This document shows positions 1 to 9,350 of a stretch of DNA of 64,000 nucleotides, one piece after another. The notes under the pieces were generated by a model. That model worked only from the letters and a program-made list of their open reading frames with translations, was not told the origin of the DNA and ran no database searches. The translations under genes and the position numbers were made by a program. Position 1 is the stretch's first letter, and the number at the start of each line of letters is the position of its first letter. The stretch is taken from positions 219,032-283,031 of the forward strand of contig CAVXZE010000016.1 in the NCBI GenBank assembly GCA_963766175.1, read 5' to 3'. This stretch comes from an uncultured delta proteobacterium. Its GTDB lineage: Bacteria; Myxococcota_A; UBA9160; UBA6930.

Positions 1-80
1 CTTCGGAGCCCTGTCTGCACCTCTTTCCCCGCCTCCCCCGCGCTCTCGCGACACGACAGGGTGAGAAACGGGGGCCAGCC

Positions 81-596
81 CTACACCAGATCCTTTGGGG
101 TCGCGTAGGAAAGCAGGCGCCCGCTCCCTGGGGCGAGATCCCGCCAGCGCTCGAGATCGAATTCGCAAACCGCTGCGGCGGCGGTCGGAAACCGTGCCGC
201 CAGACGGCGAAAGGAGGTTCGCTCCCCGCTACCCGGGAGGGCCTGCGCCAGCTCGGCGATGCCGGGGCTGTGGCCGATCAGCAGGACCGCGGATCGGCCG
301 TCATCGACCTCCTGGAGCCTCGCCAGGAGCTGACCGCTGCTGGCCAGGTAGATCCGTTCCTCGACCACGAGCTCGGGGTGACCCGGCAGATGGGGGAGGA
401 GAGCTTCCAGTGTCTGCCGGGTCCGCCGGGCCGATGAGCAGAGTACGAGGGACGGCTGGTATTGCTGTTGGGCGAAGTGGACGCCCATCACCGCGGCAGC
501 CCGCTCACCCCGAGCAGCCAGGGGGCGGTCGTGGTCGTCGAGTCCCGGGCTTCCCCAATCGGATTTCGCGTGGCGCAGCAGATACAGGGTCTTCAT
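81..596 (-). CDS. histidine phosphatase family protein (SixA-like)
   Basis: 171-aa ORF. It has an N-terminal LLRHAKS motif (RHG-type catalytic His) and a later LIGHSPG motif, as in the histidine phosphatase superfamily. GC3-rich codon usage. It lies 8 bp downstream of the RHH gene on the same strand. Confidence 0.8.
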   Translation of the reverse strand: MKTLYLLRHAKSDWGSPGLDDHDRPLAARGERAAAVMGVHFAQQQYQPSLVLCSSARRTRQTLEALLPHLPGHPELVVEERIYLASSGQLLARLQEVDDGRSAVLLIGHSPGIAELAQALPGSGERTSFRRLAARFPTAAAAVCEFDLERWRDLAPGSGRLLSYATPKDLV

Positions 597-604
597 CCGA
601 TCCT

Positions 605-1048
605 CTAGATCGTCTCGATGCAGCGGCTGCAGAGCCAGGCTCGGATCGGGCCCGCCTGCCCCCTCAGGCCCGCGTAGCCTTCCTCACCCTTTACGATCTC
701 CAGCCTGCACCTGGTGCAGCTGACGTCGCGGTTCAAGACGACGCGGTTCCAGGCCTCCACCGGGGCGAGCGGGTCCGCCGCAGCTTCGCTCCGGGCACTC
801 TCGGCGATCCGGCGGGCGCCGCGGGAGACCTCCTGGGCGAGAGCCACCGAGTCGGTGACGATCTGGTCGACGTCGGCGACCACGTCCTCCACCAGGTCAA
901 GGGCGCCTCCAAGGATATCGCGAATCAGGTGGGAGACGCTGACGCCCTGCCTCCGAGCCTCCTTCTTCAGGGTGGACTCGAGGTCCCGGGGCACGCGGGT
1001 CTGGATCAGGCGGTCCTTCCGCGGTGAAGGCGGGGGAGGGTCGGTCAT
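605..1048 (-). CDS. ribbon-helix-helix (CopG-like) protein with C-terminal CxxC..CxxC zinc-ribbon-like module
   Basis: 147 aa. The N-terminal segment RLIQTRVPRDLESTLKKEARRQGVSVSHLIRDIL looks like an RHH fold. The C-terminus carries CTRC...CSRC. Confidence 0.6.
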   Translation of the reverse strand: MTDPPPPSPRKDRLIQTRVPRDLESTLKKEARRQGVSVSHLIRDILGGALDLVEDVVADVDQIVTDSVALAQEVSRGARRIAESARSEAAADPLAPVEAWNRVVLNRDVSCTRCRLEIVKGEEGYAGLRGQAGPIRAWLCSRCIETI

Positions 1049-1067
1049 TGCGGTCCTTCGGGCCTTT

Positions 1068-1088
1068 CTGTATTACAATGTATTACAG
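1068..1088. promoter_or_regulatory. tandem TGTATTACA repeats (candidate operator) in the divergent promoter
   Basis: The sequence ctgtattacaatgtattacag is AT-rich in a GC-rich context. It contains two copies of TGTATTACA one base apart. It lies between the RHH gene start (1048) and the ABC1 kinase start (1124). Confidence 0.4.
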
Positions 1089-1123
1089 AATATGACATCA
1101 AGGCGCCAGTGGAGGGGTTCCCG

Positions 1124-2578
1124 ATGCAGAGTGAGACGCGAGACGAGTCCTGGATCGACCGCGTCGACGAGGTGGTGAACGGAATCGAGAATGCCGTCTG
1201 GGAGATCCGCAGCCTTGCCGACCAGGCGGTGGATCTGTGGATGTCGCTGGAGGGCGAGCTACCCCGGCTCACCCGCCTCGGCCGCGCCGGATGGATCCTC
1301 GGGCAGGTCACCTCGAGCTACCGGCTGCACGGAATCTGGACCGCCTTCCTCTCCCAGGAGGAGGCCGCGAAGGCGCTGTCTGCCCTCCACGCACGCAATG
1401 CCCGGCGCTTCTACGAGCTCAGCGTCCTTCATGGGGGCGCCTTCCTCAAGGTTGCCCAGGCACTCTCGGCCCGGCCGGACCTGCTCCCGGAGGTCTGGAT
1501 CGACGAGCTCTCCAGCTTGCAGGATGCCGCGCCTCCGGTCGGCTTCGAGGAGATCCGCCGGGTCGTCGAGGCGGATCTGGGACGACCTCTCGCAGAGCTC
1601 TTCGGCCACTTCGAAGAGGAGGCGGTCGCTGCTGCGAGCATCGGCCAGGTCCACCGGGCGCTGACGCTCGACGGGCAGCCGGCGGCCGTCAAGGTTCAGC
1701 GGCCGGGGATCGCGGAGCTGATCGCCACGGACATCGATCTTCTCGAGACCGCCCTGGCCGGCATTCGGAGCATGCTCCCACCCACCGACTACGAGACGAT
1801 CACCGCTGAGGTTCGGGCAATGGTCGAGGGGGAGATGGACTACCGGGAAGAGGCCCGGATGATGGAGCAGCTCGCCTGCTTCTTCGACGGGATCCCCGAC
1901 ATCATCGTTCCCCGGACGCTCCCCTCGCTCTGCGGCTCCAGGGTCCTGACCAGCACTCTCGCCGAGGGGCGAAAGATCACCGCCGTCCTCGACGAGCTCG
2001 CGGCGCAACGGGACGGGGGTGATGCGGACGCGGAACAGCGCCTCTCCCGGATCCTGGGTCTGGTCCTGGAGGCCTACGTGCGCCAGGTGCTGGAGGCGGG
2101 TGTCTTCCAGGCCGATCCGCATCCGGGGAATCTCCTGGTCACCGATCGCGACGAGATCGTTCTCCTCGACTTCGGGTGCACCAAGATCATGCCGCCCGGG
2201 AAGCGCGAAGGGTATCTCGCATTGATGCGCGCCTTCCTGAGCGGCGACCGCAGCGGAATGCTCCAATGCCTGGAGGACCTCGGCTTCGCCACGCGCAGTG
2301 GGGACCCGGAGACCCTGCTCAGCTTCGCCGAGACCCTGCTCAGTCAGTTTCGGGATGCCATGTTAAGCGGCGAACGATCGGCCTGGCTCAGTCGGGGCGA
2401 GCTCCTGGCTCGTGCCGGGGAGTTGCTGGAGACCGCCCAGCGGGACCCCGTCGTGCGGCTACCCGCGGAGTTCGTGATGCTGTCGCGGGTCTTCGGCGTG
2501 CTGGGTGGATTCTTTCACCACTACCGACCGCGAATCGACTACGCCCGGCACCTGGCGCCGGTGCTCGGTTCGCACTGA
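1124..2578 (+). CDS. ABC1/UbiB-family atypical kinase (AarF domain)
   Basis: It carries AASIGQVHRA...AAVKVQRPGI and ADPHPGNLLV...LLDFG motifs typical of the ABC1/ADCK/UbiB family. I prefer ATG 1124 over GTG 1109 because GGAGG lies about 8 nt upstream. Confidence 0.85.
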   Translation: MQSETRDESWIDRVDEVVNGIENAVWEIRSLADQAVDLWMSLEGELPRLTRLGRAGWILGQVTSSYRLHGIWTAFLSQEEAAKALSALHARNARRFYELSVLHGGAFLKVAQALSARPDLLPEVWIDELSSLQDAAPPVGFEEIRRVVEADLGRPLAELFGHFEEEAVAAASIGQVHRALTLDGQPAAVKVQRPGIAELIATDIDLLETALAGIRSMLPPTDYETITAEVRAMVEGEMDYREEARMMEQLACFFDGIPDIIVPRTLPSLCGSRVLTSTLAEGRKITAVLDELAAQRDGGDADAEQRLSRILGLVLEAYVRQVLEAGVFQADPHPGNLLVTDRDEIVLLDFGCTKIMPPGKREGYLALMRAFLSGDRSGMLQCLEDLGFATRSGDPETLLSFAETLLSQFRDAMLSGERSAWLSRGELLARAGELLETAQRDPVVRLPAEFVMLSRVFGVLGGFFHHYRPRIDYARHLAPVLGSH

Positions 2579-2620
2579 ACGCCGCGGCGTCGAAACGAAT
2601 GGAGAAGTTTCCCGTGAGGC

Positions 2621-3871
2621 TCAGGCCAGGTGTTTGGCGAGACGCTTGGCGAGGCTCAGCAGGGTAAGCGTGGGCGGCAATCCCCACGGGTCGGCGATCA
2701 CCGAGCAGTCGCAGACGTAGAGACCCTCGTACTCGGTTTGCAGGTTCGCGTCGACGTGCTCCCCGATGCGGACCGACCCACCGGGATGGGCGGCGGTGAC
2801 GCGGCTCTTGAAGATCTTCGTCGCACCCGCGTGGCGCAGGATCTCCTTCGAGCGCCGGTAGCCGCTCGCCAGCTTCTCGCGCTCGGCCGGCCCGAAGACC
2901 CGGCGCATCTTGCGGCTGCTCACGTGGCCGGCGATCTCGTCGCGGATCTTGACCATGATCGTGAGCGTGCTCGAGTGAGCGAAGAGCCGATCGGGGCGCA
3001 GCGCACTCAGCGCCAGCATCTGGTAGGTCTGCTTGGGAACCGGCAGGTCGGTCATCATGTAGCCTTCGTCCGGGAGGTGGATGCCCGCCGCCATCGGGAA
3101 CTCCCCGACGTCCTGGATGCCTTCGGCGGTCCCGAAGACTGCGATCAGCGGATCGCAGAAGAAGCCCTGACCGATCGATCCGATTCCGCTCGCCTGCAGC
3201 AGCTGCGGTGAGCCGATGCCGCCGGCGGAGACGATGACGCGCGAGGCGAGAACCTCTTGCTCGGTTCCGTTTGCGGAGAACGCAACGCCTCGAGCGCGCT
3301 TGCCCTCCAGCAGCACCCGCCGAACCTCGGCCTGGGAGCGCACTTCGGCTCCGTGGAGGACCGCCTCGCGCAGGTAGTGACGCGAGTTCCAGCGCGCACG
3401 GTAGGGATAGTGGCCGGGCTGGCAGCGGTCCTGGAAGATCGCCTTGTCGAGCTTCTCCCACTCGTAGCCGAGCTCACGCGCGCTCCCCATGATCCGTTTC
3501 GCCACGGGTCCCAGCAGCTCGTCGGAAAGCTTTGCTATGGGCAGATCCTTTCGCACCTCCTCGACCTCGGCCGCGAGCTCGATCCCGTGCGACTGGAAGT
3601 AGTCGAGGGGCGGACACCACATGGTGCTGTAGAAGAGCATCGTGGTACCGCCGACGCCGATCCCCCGCGCCACGGGAACTCCGCGGCCGATGAACTTGAA
3701 GTCCACCTTCCCCCGCGGCTCGACGCGCGAGTCGGGGTCCGGCTCGCCTCTTCCCTGCTCGAGAACCAGGACCTTCTGGCCTCGAAGCGACAGCTCGCGG
3801 GCCAGTGTCCCGCCGGCCGCTCCGGAGCCGACAATGATGGTGTCGTAGCGGGTCGTCTCGGAGTGCGTCAT
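2621..3871 (-). CDS. GMC-family FAD-dependent oxidoreductase
   Basis: The N-terminal YDTIIVGSGAAGGTLARELS...VLVLEQG is a Rossmann FAD motif. The C-terminal YVCDCSVIADPWGLPPTLTLLSLAKRLA resembles the GMC_oxred_C tail. Confidence 0.75.
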   Translation of the reverse strand: MTHSETTRYDTIIVGSGAAGGTLARELSLRGQKVLVLEQGRGEPDPDSRVEPRGKVDFKFIGRGVPVARGIGVGGTTMLFYSTMWCPPLDYFQSHGIELAAEVEEVRKDLPIAKLSDELLGPVAKRIMGSARELGYEWEKLDKAIFQDRCQPGHYPYRARWNSRHYLREAVLHGAEVRSQAEVRRVLLEGKRARGVAFSANGTEQEVLASRVIVSAGGIGSPQLLQASGIGSIGQGFFCDPLIAVFGTAEGIQDVGEFPMAAGIHLPDEGYMMTDLPVPKQTYQMLALSALRPDRLFAHSSTLTIMVKIRDEIAGHVSSRKMRRVFGPAEREKLASGYRRSKEILRHAGATKIFKSRVTAAHPGGSVRIGEHVDANLQTEYEGLYVCDCSVIADPWGLPPTLTLLSLAKRLAKHLA

Positions 3872-3903
3872 GGCCCCACTCTAGCTCTCGCGGGGCGAAC
3901 CGG

Positions 3904-4413
3904 TCACTCCGCGGCGGGGGCTACCACCTCGACCCGGTTCTCGATGTTCACGACGCCAGGCGTGTCTCTGGCGACCTCCTCGGCGCGCGCCCGGGCGTCC
4001 TCGTCGGGCACGGCTCCCTGGAGCGTAATGACGCCCTTCGTGACCTGCACCGAAACGGCCAGATCGTCGAGCTTCGGGTCGTCGAGGATGCGCCGCTGGA
4101 CGCTCCGGAACAGCGTGGCGTCGGTCGCCTTGGCGCCGACCTGCGACTGCGCCTCGTGGAGCGCCTGCTCCCGGATCCGCAACTCGCTCTCCGCCGCCTC
4201 CAGCTCCTTCCGCGCATCGTCCACCACCTGCTGTCGGGCCTCGACCTCCTCGCGGGCCTCCTGCACGGCCTCTTGCTTCGCCAACACCGCGGCGGTTGCC
4301 TCCACGAGCTCCTGCTCCTGAGTGTCTCCTCCACAGCCGGCGGTTGCGAAGAGCAGGCTGCTCAGTGCAAACAGAACTACCAGCGAGAGAACGGGGGGAT
4401 GGTGTCGCGACAT
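3904..4413 (-). CDS. BON-domain lipoprotein with coiled-coil linker
   Basis: Signal peptide plus lipobox (LLFATAGC). There is an E/Q/A-rich helical stretch and a C-terminal BON-like segment (VSVQVTKGVITLQGAVPDEDARARAEEVARDTPGVVNIENRVEV). Start 4413 has GAGGAG 7 nt upstream; the longer ORF reaching 4524 is probably an artefact. Confidence 0.7.
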   Translation of the reverse strand: MSRHHPPVLSLVVLFALSSLLFATAGCGGDTQEQELVEATAAVLAKQEAVQEAREEVEARQQVVDDARKELEAAESELRIREQALHEAQSQVGAKATDATLFRSVQRRILDDPKLDDLAVSVQVTKGVITLQGAVPDEDARARAEEVARDTPGVVNIENRVEVVAPAAE

Positions 4414-4520
4414 TCGGATTCTCCTCAGCACTTCGCCGACGCTCGGCGTCGGCTTCATTCTTCCTGGTTTCTTTCTTGTATCACGATGGGTCGTTTGCGT
4501 CGATGGGTGCCGGGGCCGGC

Positions 4521-5678
4521 TCATGCTCCCCTCTGCACCTGCCTCGCGATCGTCTGCAGCTGCATGTTGCTGGTGCCCTCGTAGATCTTCCCGATCTTGG
4601 CATCGCGATAGCGCTTCTCGGCCGGGTACTCCTTGGTGTAGCCGACGCCGCCTGCCAGCTCGACGGCCGCGGAGGTCACCCGCTCCGCGACGTCGGAGCT
4701 GAACAGCTTGGCCATCGCCGCCTGAGTCAGGAACGGTTCGCCCGCATCCTTGAGTCGCGCGGCGTTGTAAACCATCAGCCGTGCCGCCTCGACCCCCGTC
4801 GCCATCTGCGCGAGCTCGAACTGCACGCCCTGGAATTCACCGATCGGCTTTCCGAATTGCTTGCGCTCGGCCGTGTAGGCGACCGCGTCGTCGAGGGCAC
4901 CCTGGGCGGTGCCGACCATCTGGGCACCGATCCCGATGCGGCCCTCGTTGAGTGTTTCGATCGCGATCTTGTATCCCTTGCCGACCTCACCGACGACGTT
5001 TTCCTTCGGAACCCGCACCCCGTCGAGGATCAGCTCGCAGGTGGAGCTGGCGCGGATGCCGAGCTTGTCTTCCTTCTTGCCGACCTGGAAGCCCTCGAAG
5101 TCGCGCTCGACGATGAAGCTGGTGATCCCTCTGTAGCCCGCCTCGGGGTTCGCATTGGCCATGACCAGGAAGATCCCGGCCTCGCCCGCGTTGGTGATCC
5201 AGAGCTTGCGCCCGGTCAGAACGAAGTGATCGCCGTCCTCGACGGCTCGCGTCTGCAGGGCGAAGGCGTCGCTTCCCGCGGCCTCCTCGGAGAGCGCGTA
5301 GGCGGCCACGGTGTCGCTGGACATCTTTCGCAGCACGCGCTCCTGCAAGTCCTTGTTCGCGAAGCGCAACACGGCGTTGGCCACCAGCGTGTTCTGTACG
5401 TCGACCAGCACCCCGACCGCAGCATCGACGCGAGAGATCTCCTCGACCGCCAGCACGCTCAGGAAGAAGTTCCCGCCCGCGCCGCCCAGCTCATCGGGAG
5501 TCTCGATCGCCATCACGCCGAGGTCGAACAGCATGGGCAGGATCTCGGGGTCGTAGTGCCCCTGTTGATCCATCTTCGCGACGCGCGGCGCCAGCTCGTT
5601 TCGAGCGAACTCGCGGATGGTCTGCTGGAAGATCTGCTCCTCTTCGGAGAGCACGGTCAGCGGGGGGGCGGGGCTCAT
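4521..5678 (-). CDS. acyl-CoA dehydrogenase (short/medium-chain type)
   Basis: 385 aa. The fold looks like a canonical ACAD (EEEQIFQQTIREFA..., ...YEGTSNMQLQTIARQV). ATG 5678 is preceded by GAGGAGGA. The 118-codon upstream extension of the ORF is Arg/Ser-rich junk. Confidence 0.9.
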   Translation of the reverse strand: MSPAPPLTVLSEEEQIFQQTIREFARNELAPRVAKMDQQGHYDPEILPMLFDLGVMAIETPDELGGAGGNFFLSVLAVEEISRVDAAVGVLVDVQNTLVANAVLRFANKDLQERVLRKMSSDTVAAYALSEEAAGSDAFALQTRAVEDGDHFVLTGRKLWITNAGEAGIFLVMANANPEAGYRGITSFIVERDFEGFQVGKKEDKLGIRASSTCELILDGVRVPKENVVGEVGKGYKIAIETLNEGRIGIGAQMVGTAQGALDDAVAYTAERKQFGKPIGEFQGVQFELAQMATGVEAARLMVYNAARLKDAGEPFLTQAAMAKLFSSDVAERVTSAAVELAGGVGYTKEYPAEKRYRDAKIGKIYEGTSNMQLQTIARQVQRGA

Positions 5679-5878
5679 GAAATCCTCCTCTCGAGCTCGG
5701 CGACAGCTTTCCGGCGGGAACTCCGCCGTCTCGCCCATCGCGTCGGCGGCCGACCCATCATCCCCCGAGTCGAGGCGTGGGGGCCGGGGACGACCCGAAA
5801 GGATTAGACCTTTTCTGCCTACATGGCGATCCGTGCCGTCGCCTTGGATCGGAGCGCGATCGGCACTACTTCGATCAC

Positions 5879-5897
5879 AAACGAACAAACGTTTGTT
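5879..5897 (-). terminator. perfect 18-bp palindrome CGAACAAACGTTTGTTCG (terminator or operator)
   Basis: It begins 5 nt after the stop of the 5902..6135 ORF. On the minus strand it is followed by TTTGTGAT. It also lies about 200 bp upstream of the ACAD start, so it could be an operator. Confidence 0.3.
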
Positions 5898-5901
5898 CGC
5901 T

Positions 5902-6135
5902 CTAGACCTCGACCACCTTGTTGCTGATCCGGCTGACCCGGTAGACGCCGCGGCGCGTCTGAATGTAGTAGAGGCTCGAGAGCTTCTCGCGGCGGATCCG
6001 ACCGTCCGGCTCCACCCAGACCACTTCGTCACCGGTGGTGACCAGATGGCGGGTCTGCAGCGTCTCCTTTTCGTCGGGCGTCAAGGAGGCGATGATAGGG
6101 TCGTCTCGTAGCTCGTCAGCCTGTTCGGTCGTCAT
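5902..6135 (-). CDS. small hypothetical protein (77 aa)
   Basis: Complete ORF with GC3-rich codon usage and a non-repetitive composition. I recognise no family. Confidence 0.5.
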   Translation of the reverse strand: MTTEQADELRDDPIIASLTPDEKETLQTRHLVTTGDEVVWVEPDGRIRREKLSSLYYIQTRRGVYRVSRISNKVVEV

Positions 6136-6157
6136 GGGCTAATCATAGCTTGGAGCC

Positions 6158-7633
6158 ATGCCGAGACGAATCCAGACCTGCCTCCTTCTGACGGTTCTGC
6201 TCTCGTTCCTGGCGGGATGCGCGATCAATCCCGTCACGGGTCGGCGGGAGCTGGTGCTGATGTCATCCGAGCGCGAAGCCCAGCTCGGAGCGCAGACAGC
6301 GGCCCAGGTCGCCGAGGAGATGGGCCTGGTCGAATCCCCGGCGCTCACCACCTATGTCGAGGAGATCGGTCAAAGACTGGCGCGTCACTCTCCCAGACGC
6401 GACGTGGCCTACCGCTTCGCCGTCGTCGACATGGAGGAGCCCAACGCATTCGCACTTCCCGGCGGCTACGTCTACGTCTCCCGGGGACTGCTCGCCATCG
6501 CGAACTCGGAGGCCGAGCTGGCCAACGTGGTGGGGCACGAAATCGGCCACGTGGCGGCTCGTCACTCGGCGCAGCGGGAGACCCGCGCCATTGGCGCCGG
6601 GGTGCTGGCCGCCCTCGGCACCGCGGCGGCAGGAGCGGTGGGTGGAGCGGGCGCCGCCCAGGGCGCGGCCCAGATCGGTCAGGTGGCGGGCGCCGGGTGG
6701 ATCGCCTCCTACGGCCGGGACCAGGAGCGCCAGGCCGATGAGGTCGGGCAGAAGCTGGCGGCGCAGGCAGGCTGGGATCCGGCGGCCATGGCCAGCTTCC
6801 TGAACACCCTCGGGCGCGCGGCCGCGCTTCAGTCCGGCGAGCGGCACCAGCCTAGCTTCCTCGACTCGCATCCCATGACCCGGGAGCGGGTTCGGAACAC
6901 GGCGATCCGGGCGGACTCACTGCAGATGTCGCCAGCGGCTCCGATCGCCCCGACGCGCTCTGCCTTCTACGCGCAGCTGGCGAACCTGCTGATCGGACCC
7001 GATCCAGCCCTGGGGCTCTTTCGCGAGGAGAGCTTCCTGCACCCCGGTCTCGACTTCGCTCTCGACTTCCCACGCGGCTGGAAGACCGAGAACGCCACGA
7101 CGGCCGTCGCCGCACAGTCTCCCCGGGGCGATGCGGTCCTGGTGCTCCAGACCCAGGGCGAGAGCGGAGATCCCAAACAGGCGGCGCAGCTCTTCGCCCA
7201 GAACAACCAGCTCCAGCTGGGGAAGGGCAAAGGCGAGCGGATCGGTGGATTTCCGGCCTATCGCACCCGGGTGGAGCTCCAGACCCAGCAGGGGCCGGCG
7301 CTGGCGGACTTGACCTGGGTCGCGCATCCGCGCGCGATGTTTCGCCTCCTGGGGATCTCGCCGTCCGGCAGCTTCGGCGACTACGCGGGGACCTTCCGCG
7401 ACGTGGCCCGGAGCTTCCGTCCGCTCACCCGGGGCGAGCGCGACGGAATCACCGAGCTTCGGCTGCGCGTCGCCAAGGCTCGCGAGGGGGAGAGCCTGGC
7501 GGCTCTCTCGCGCCGCACCGGGAATGTCTGGAGCCTCGAGGAGACCGCCGTCGCCAACGATCGACCCATCGAGGGACGCCTCCGCGCGGGGGAGCCGGTG
7601 AAGATCGTGGTCAAGGCTCCCTATCGTCGCTGA
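6158..7633 (+). CDS. M48-family zinc metalloprotease lipoprotein (BepA/YfgC-like) with LysM-like C-terminus
   Basis: Lipobox LSFLAGC. It has the HEIGH zinc motif (VVGHEIGHVAARH) and a downstream E in the EADE region. The C-terminal ~50 aa resemble LysM. Confidence 0.85.
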   Translation: MPRRIQTCLLLTVLLSFLAGCAINPVTGRRELVLMSSEREAQLGAQTAAQVAEEMGLVESPALTTYVEEIGQRLARHSPRRDVAYRFAVVDMEEPNAFALPGGYVYVSRGLLAIANSEAELANVVGHEIGHVAARHSAQRETRAIGAGVLAALGTAAAGAVGGAGAAQGAAQIGQVAGAGWIASYGRDQERQADEVGQKLAAQAGWDPAAMASFLNTLGRAAALQSGERHQPSFLDSHPMTRERVRNTAIRADSLQMSPAAPIAPTRSAFYAQLANLLIGPDPALGLFREESFLHPGLDFALDFPRGWKTENATTAVAAQSPRGDAVLVLQTQGESGDPKQAAQLFAQNNQLQLGKGKGERIGGFPAYRTRVELQTQQGPALADLTWVAHPRAMFRLLGISPSGSFGDYAGTFRDVARSFRPLTRGERDGITELRLRVAKAREGESLAALSRRTGNVWSLEETAVANDRPIEGRLRAGEPVKIVVKAPYRR

Positions 7634-7655
7634 ACGATGCCAAGGAGGGCGAGTC

Positions 7656-8672
7656 ATGAGGATTCGAAAGCTCGGACGCACCGGTCTCAAGGTGTCCAAT
7701 CTCTGCCTGGGTGCGATGACCTTCGGACATCCGCAGTGGGGCTGTGACGAGCCGACCTCCAAGGCGATCGTGGACCGGTTCGTGGAGGCGGGCGGCAACT
7801 TCATCGATACCGCCGACGTCTACGTGGGCGGCGTGTCGGAGGAGATCACAGGACGCGCGATCCGGGACAAACGGCAGAGCCTGGTGCTGGCGACCAAGGT
7901 CGCCGGCCCGATGGGAGGCGGGCCCAACGATCTCGGCCTGTCGCGCAAGCACATCCTCGACGCCGTCGAGGCCAGTCTGCGGCGTCTCGGCACCGACTAC
8001 ATCGACCTCTACCAGGTGCACGCCTACGATCCCACCACTCCCCTCGACGAGACCCTGGGTGCCCTCGACGACTGCATTCGCTCCGGGAAGGTTCGCTACG
8101 CCGGGTGCTCCAACTACTCGGCGTGGCAGCTGATGAAGGCCAACGCCCTTGCCCGGGAGCTGGGAACCGCGCGCTTCGACTGCCTGCAGCCCCAGTACTC
8201 CCTGATCTGCCGCTTCATCGAGCGGGAGCACCTGCCGCTCTGCATCGAGGAGGGGATCGGCGTGATCCCCTGGAGCCCCCTGGCCGGTGGCCTGCTGACC
8301 GGGAAGATGAAGAAGGGCCAGGCGCCCCCCGACGGCTCCCGCGCCTCCGTCGACAACACGAACCAGGAGCGCTTCAGCTCCGAGAGGAATCTGGAGATCG
8401 CACGCGTGGTGACCGAGGTGGCCGGGACTCTGGGGAAGACTCCGAGCCAGGTGGCCCTCGCCTGGGTGATGTGTCAGGCGGGGGTGACCTCTCCCATCTT
8501 TGGCGCGCGCAGCATGGAACAGCTCGAGGACAACCTGGGCGCGGCAGATCTCGCACTGGATCAGGAATCCGTCGGGCGTCTCGAAGAGGTCTCGGCGCTC
8601 GACCTCGTCTACCCCTACGATTTTCACGTCCGGGTGCGCGAGATGATGGGCGAACAGCGTCTGGAGAGCTGA
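7656..8672 (+). CDS. aldo/keto reductase
   Basis: 338 aa. The N-terminus MRIRKLGRTGLKVSNLCLGAMTFG... and the FIDTADVY and LATKV motifs are typical of the AKR (Tas/YajO-like) family. Confidence 0.9.
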   Translation: MRIRKLGRTGLKVSNLCLGAMTFGHPQWGCDEPTSKAIVDRFVEAGGNFIDTADVYVGGVSEEITGRAIRDKRQSLVLATKVAGPMGGGPNDLGLSRKHILDAVEASLRRLGTDYIDLYQVHAYDPTTPLDETLGALDDCIRSGKVRYAGCSNYSAWQLMKANALARELGTARFDCLQPQYSLICRFIEREHLPLCIEEGIGVIPWSPLAGGLLTGKMKKGQAPPDGSRASVDNTNQERFSSERNLEIARVVTEVAGTLGKTPSQVALAWVMCQAGVTSPIFGARSMEQLEDNLGAADLALDQESVGRLEEVSALDLVYPYDFHVRVREMMGEQRLES

Positions 8673-8730
8673 GGCGAAGATGCGGTGCCATCGGCGGCCG
8701 CAGTAGCGAGCTGGTGAGAAATGCAGGCTA
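8673..8730 (-). repeat. solo arm of repeat family B
   Basis: The reverse complement matches 15136-15193 at 54 of 58 positions, and the first 33 nt are identical. It contains the ATG at 8721 that the ORF track uses as a start. Confidence 0.8.
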
Positions 8731-8756
8731 ACGTCCGGCTCGGTCCCTGGGAGCGC

Positions 8757-9350
8757 ATGGCCCTCCACACGGGGAGGCTTCTGACCATCGCCGTAGTCCT
8801 GGTGTTGCTGTTTCAGTCGTGCGCCACCAGGCCTCCCCGGAACGCCGACGATCTGTGTCAGATCTTCCACGAGAAGAGCGAATGGTACGAAGGTGTGAGG
8901 CGTTCCTTCCAGCGCTGGGGAGTGCCCGAGTCGGTGCAGATGGCCTTCGTGCACCAGGAGAGTCGTTTCCGCGCCGACGCCCGACCCGGTTGGCGGCGGG
9001 TGCTCTGGATCTTCCCGGTCGGACGGCGCTCTTCCGCCTACGGCTACGGCCAGGTCAAGGATGGCACCTGGGGCGACTACATCCGCGCCACCGGACACCG
9101 CGGCGCCGACCGCGACGACTTCGCCGACGTGGCCGACTTCATCGGCTGGTACGGCGACCTGATCCACCGGCGCACCGGGGTGGAGAAGCACGACGCCCAC
9201 AATCTGTACCTCGCCTACCACGAGGGGCCGGGCGGTTTCGCGCGAGGTACTCACCGGGAAAAGCCCTGGCTCCTCGGGGTGGCAAGCAAGGTCGAAGCGC
9301 GCGCCCGGCTCTACAAAGCCCAGTATCTCGGCTGCCGGGAACGCCTTTAG
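8757..9350 (+). CDS. lipoprotein with lytic-transglycosylase-like (SLT-related) region
   Basis: Signal peptide plus lipobox (LLFQSC). The MAFVHQESRF segment resembles the catalytic Glu region of SLT domains. I moved the start to ATG 8757 because ATG 8721 lies inside a repeat element. Confidence 0.6.
   Translation: MALHTGRLLTIAVVLVLLFQSCATRPPRNADDLCQIFHEKSEWYEGVRRSFQRWGVPESVQMAFVHQESRFRADARPGWRRVLWIFPVGRRSSAYGYGQVKDGTWGDYIRATGHRGADRDDFADVADFIGWYGDLIHRRTGVEKHDAHNLYLAYHEGPGGFARGTHREKPWLLGVASKVEARARLYKAQYLGCRERL

Noticed and set aside
4521-6032. The full 503-aa ORF as the acyl-CoA dehydrogenase gene
   Set aside because: The first 118 codons are Arg/Ser/Gly-rich and absent from ACAD folds. A strong GAGGAGGA RBS precedes the internal ATG at 5678.
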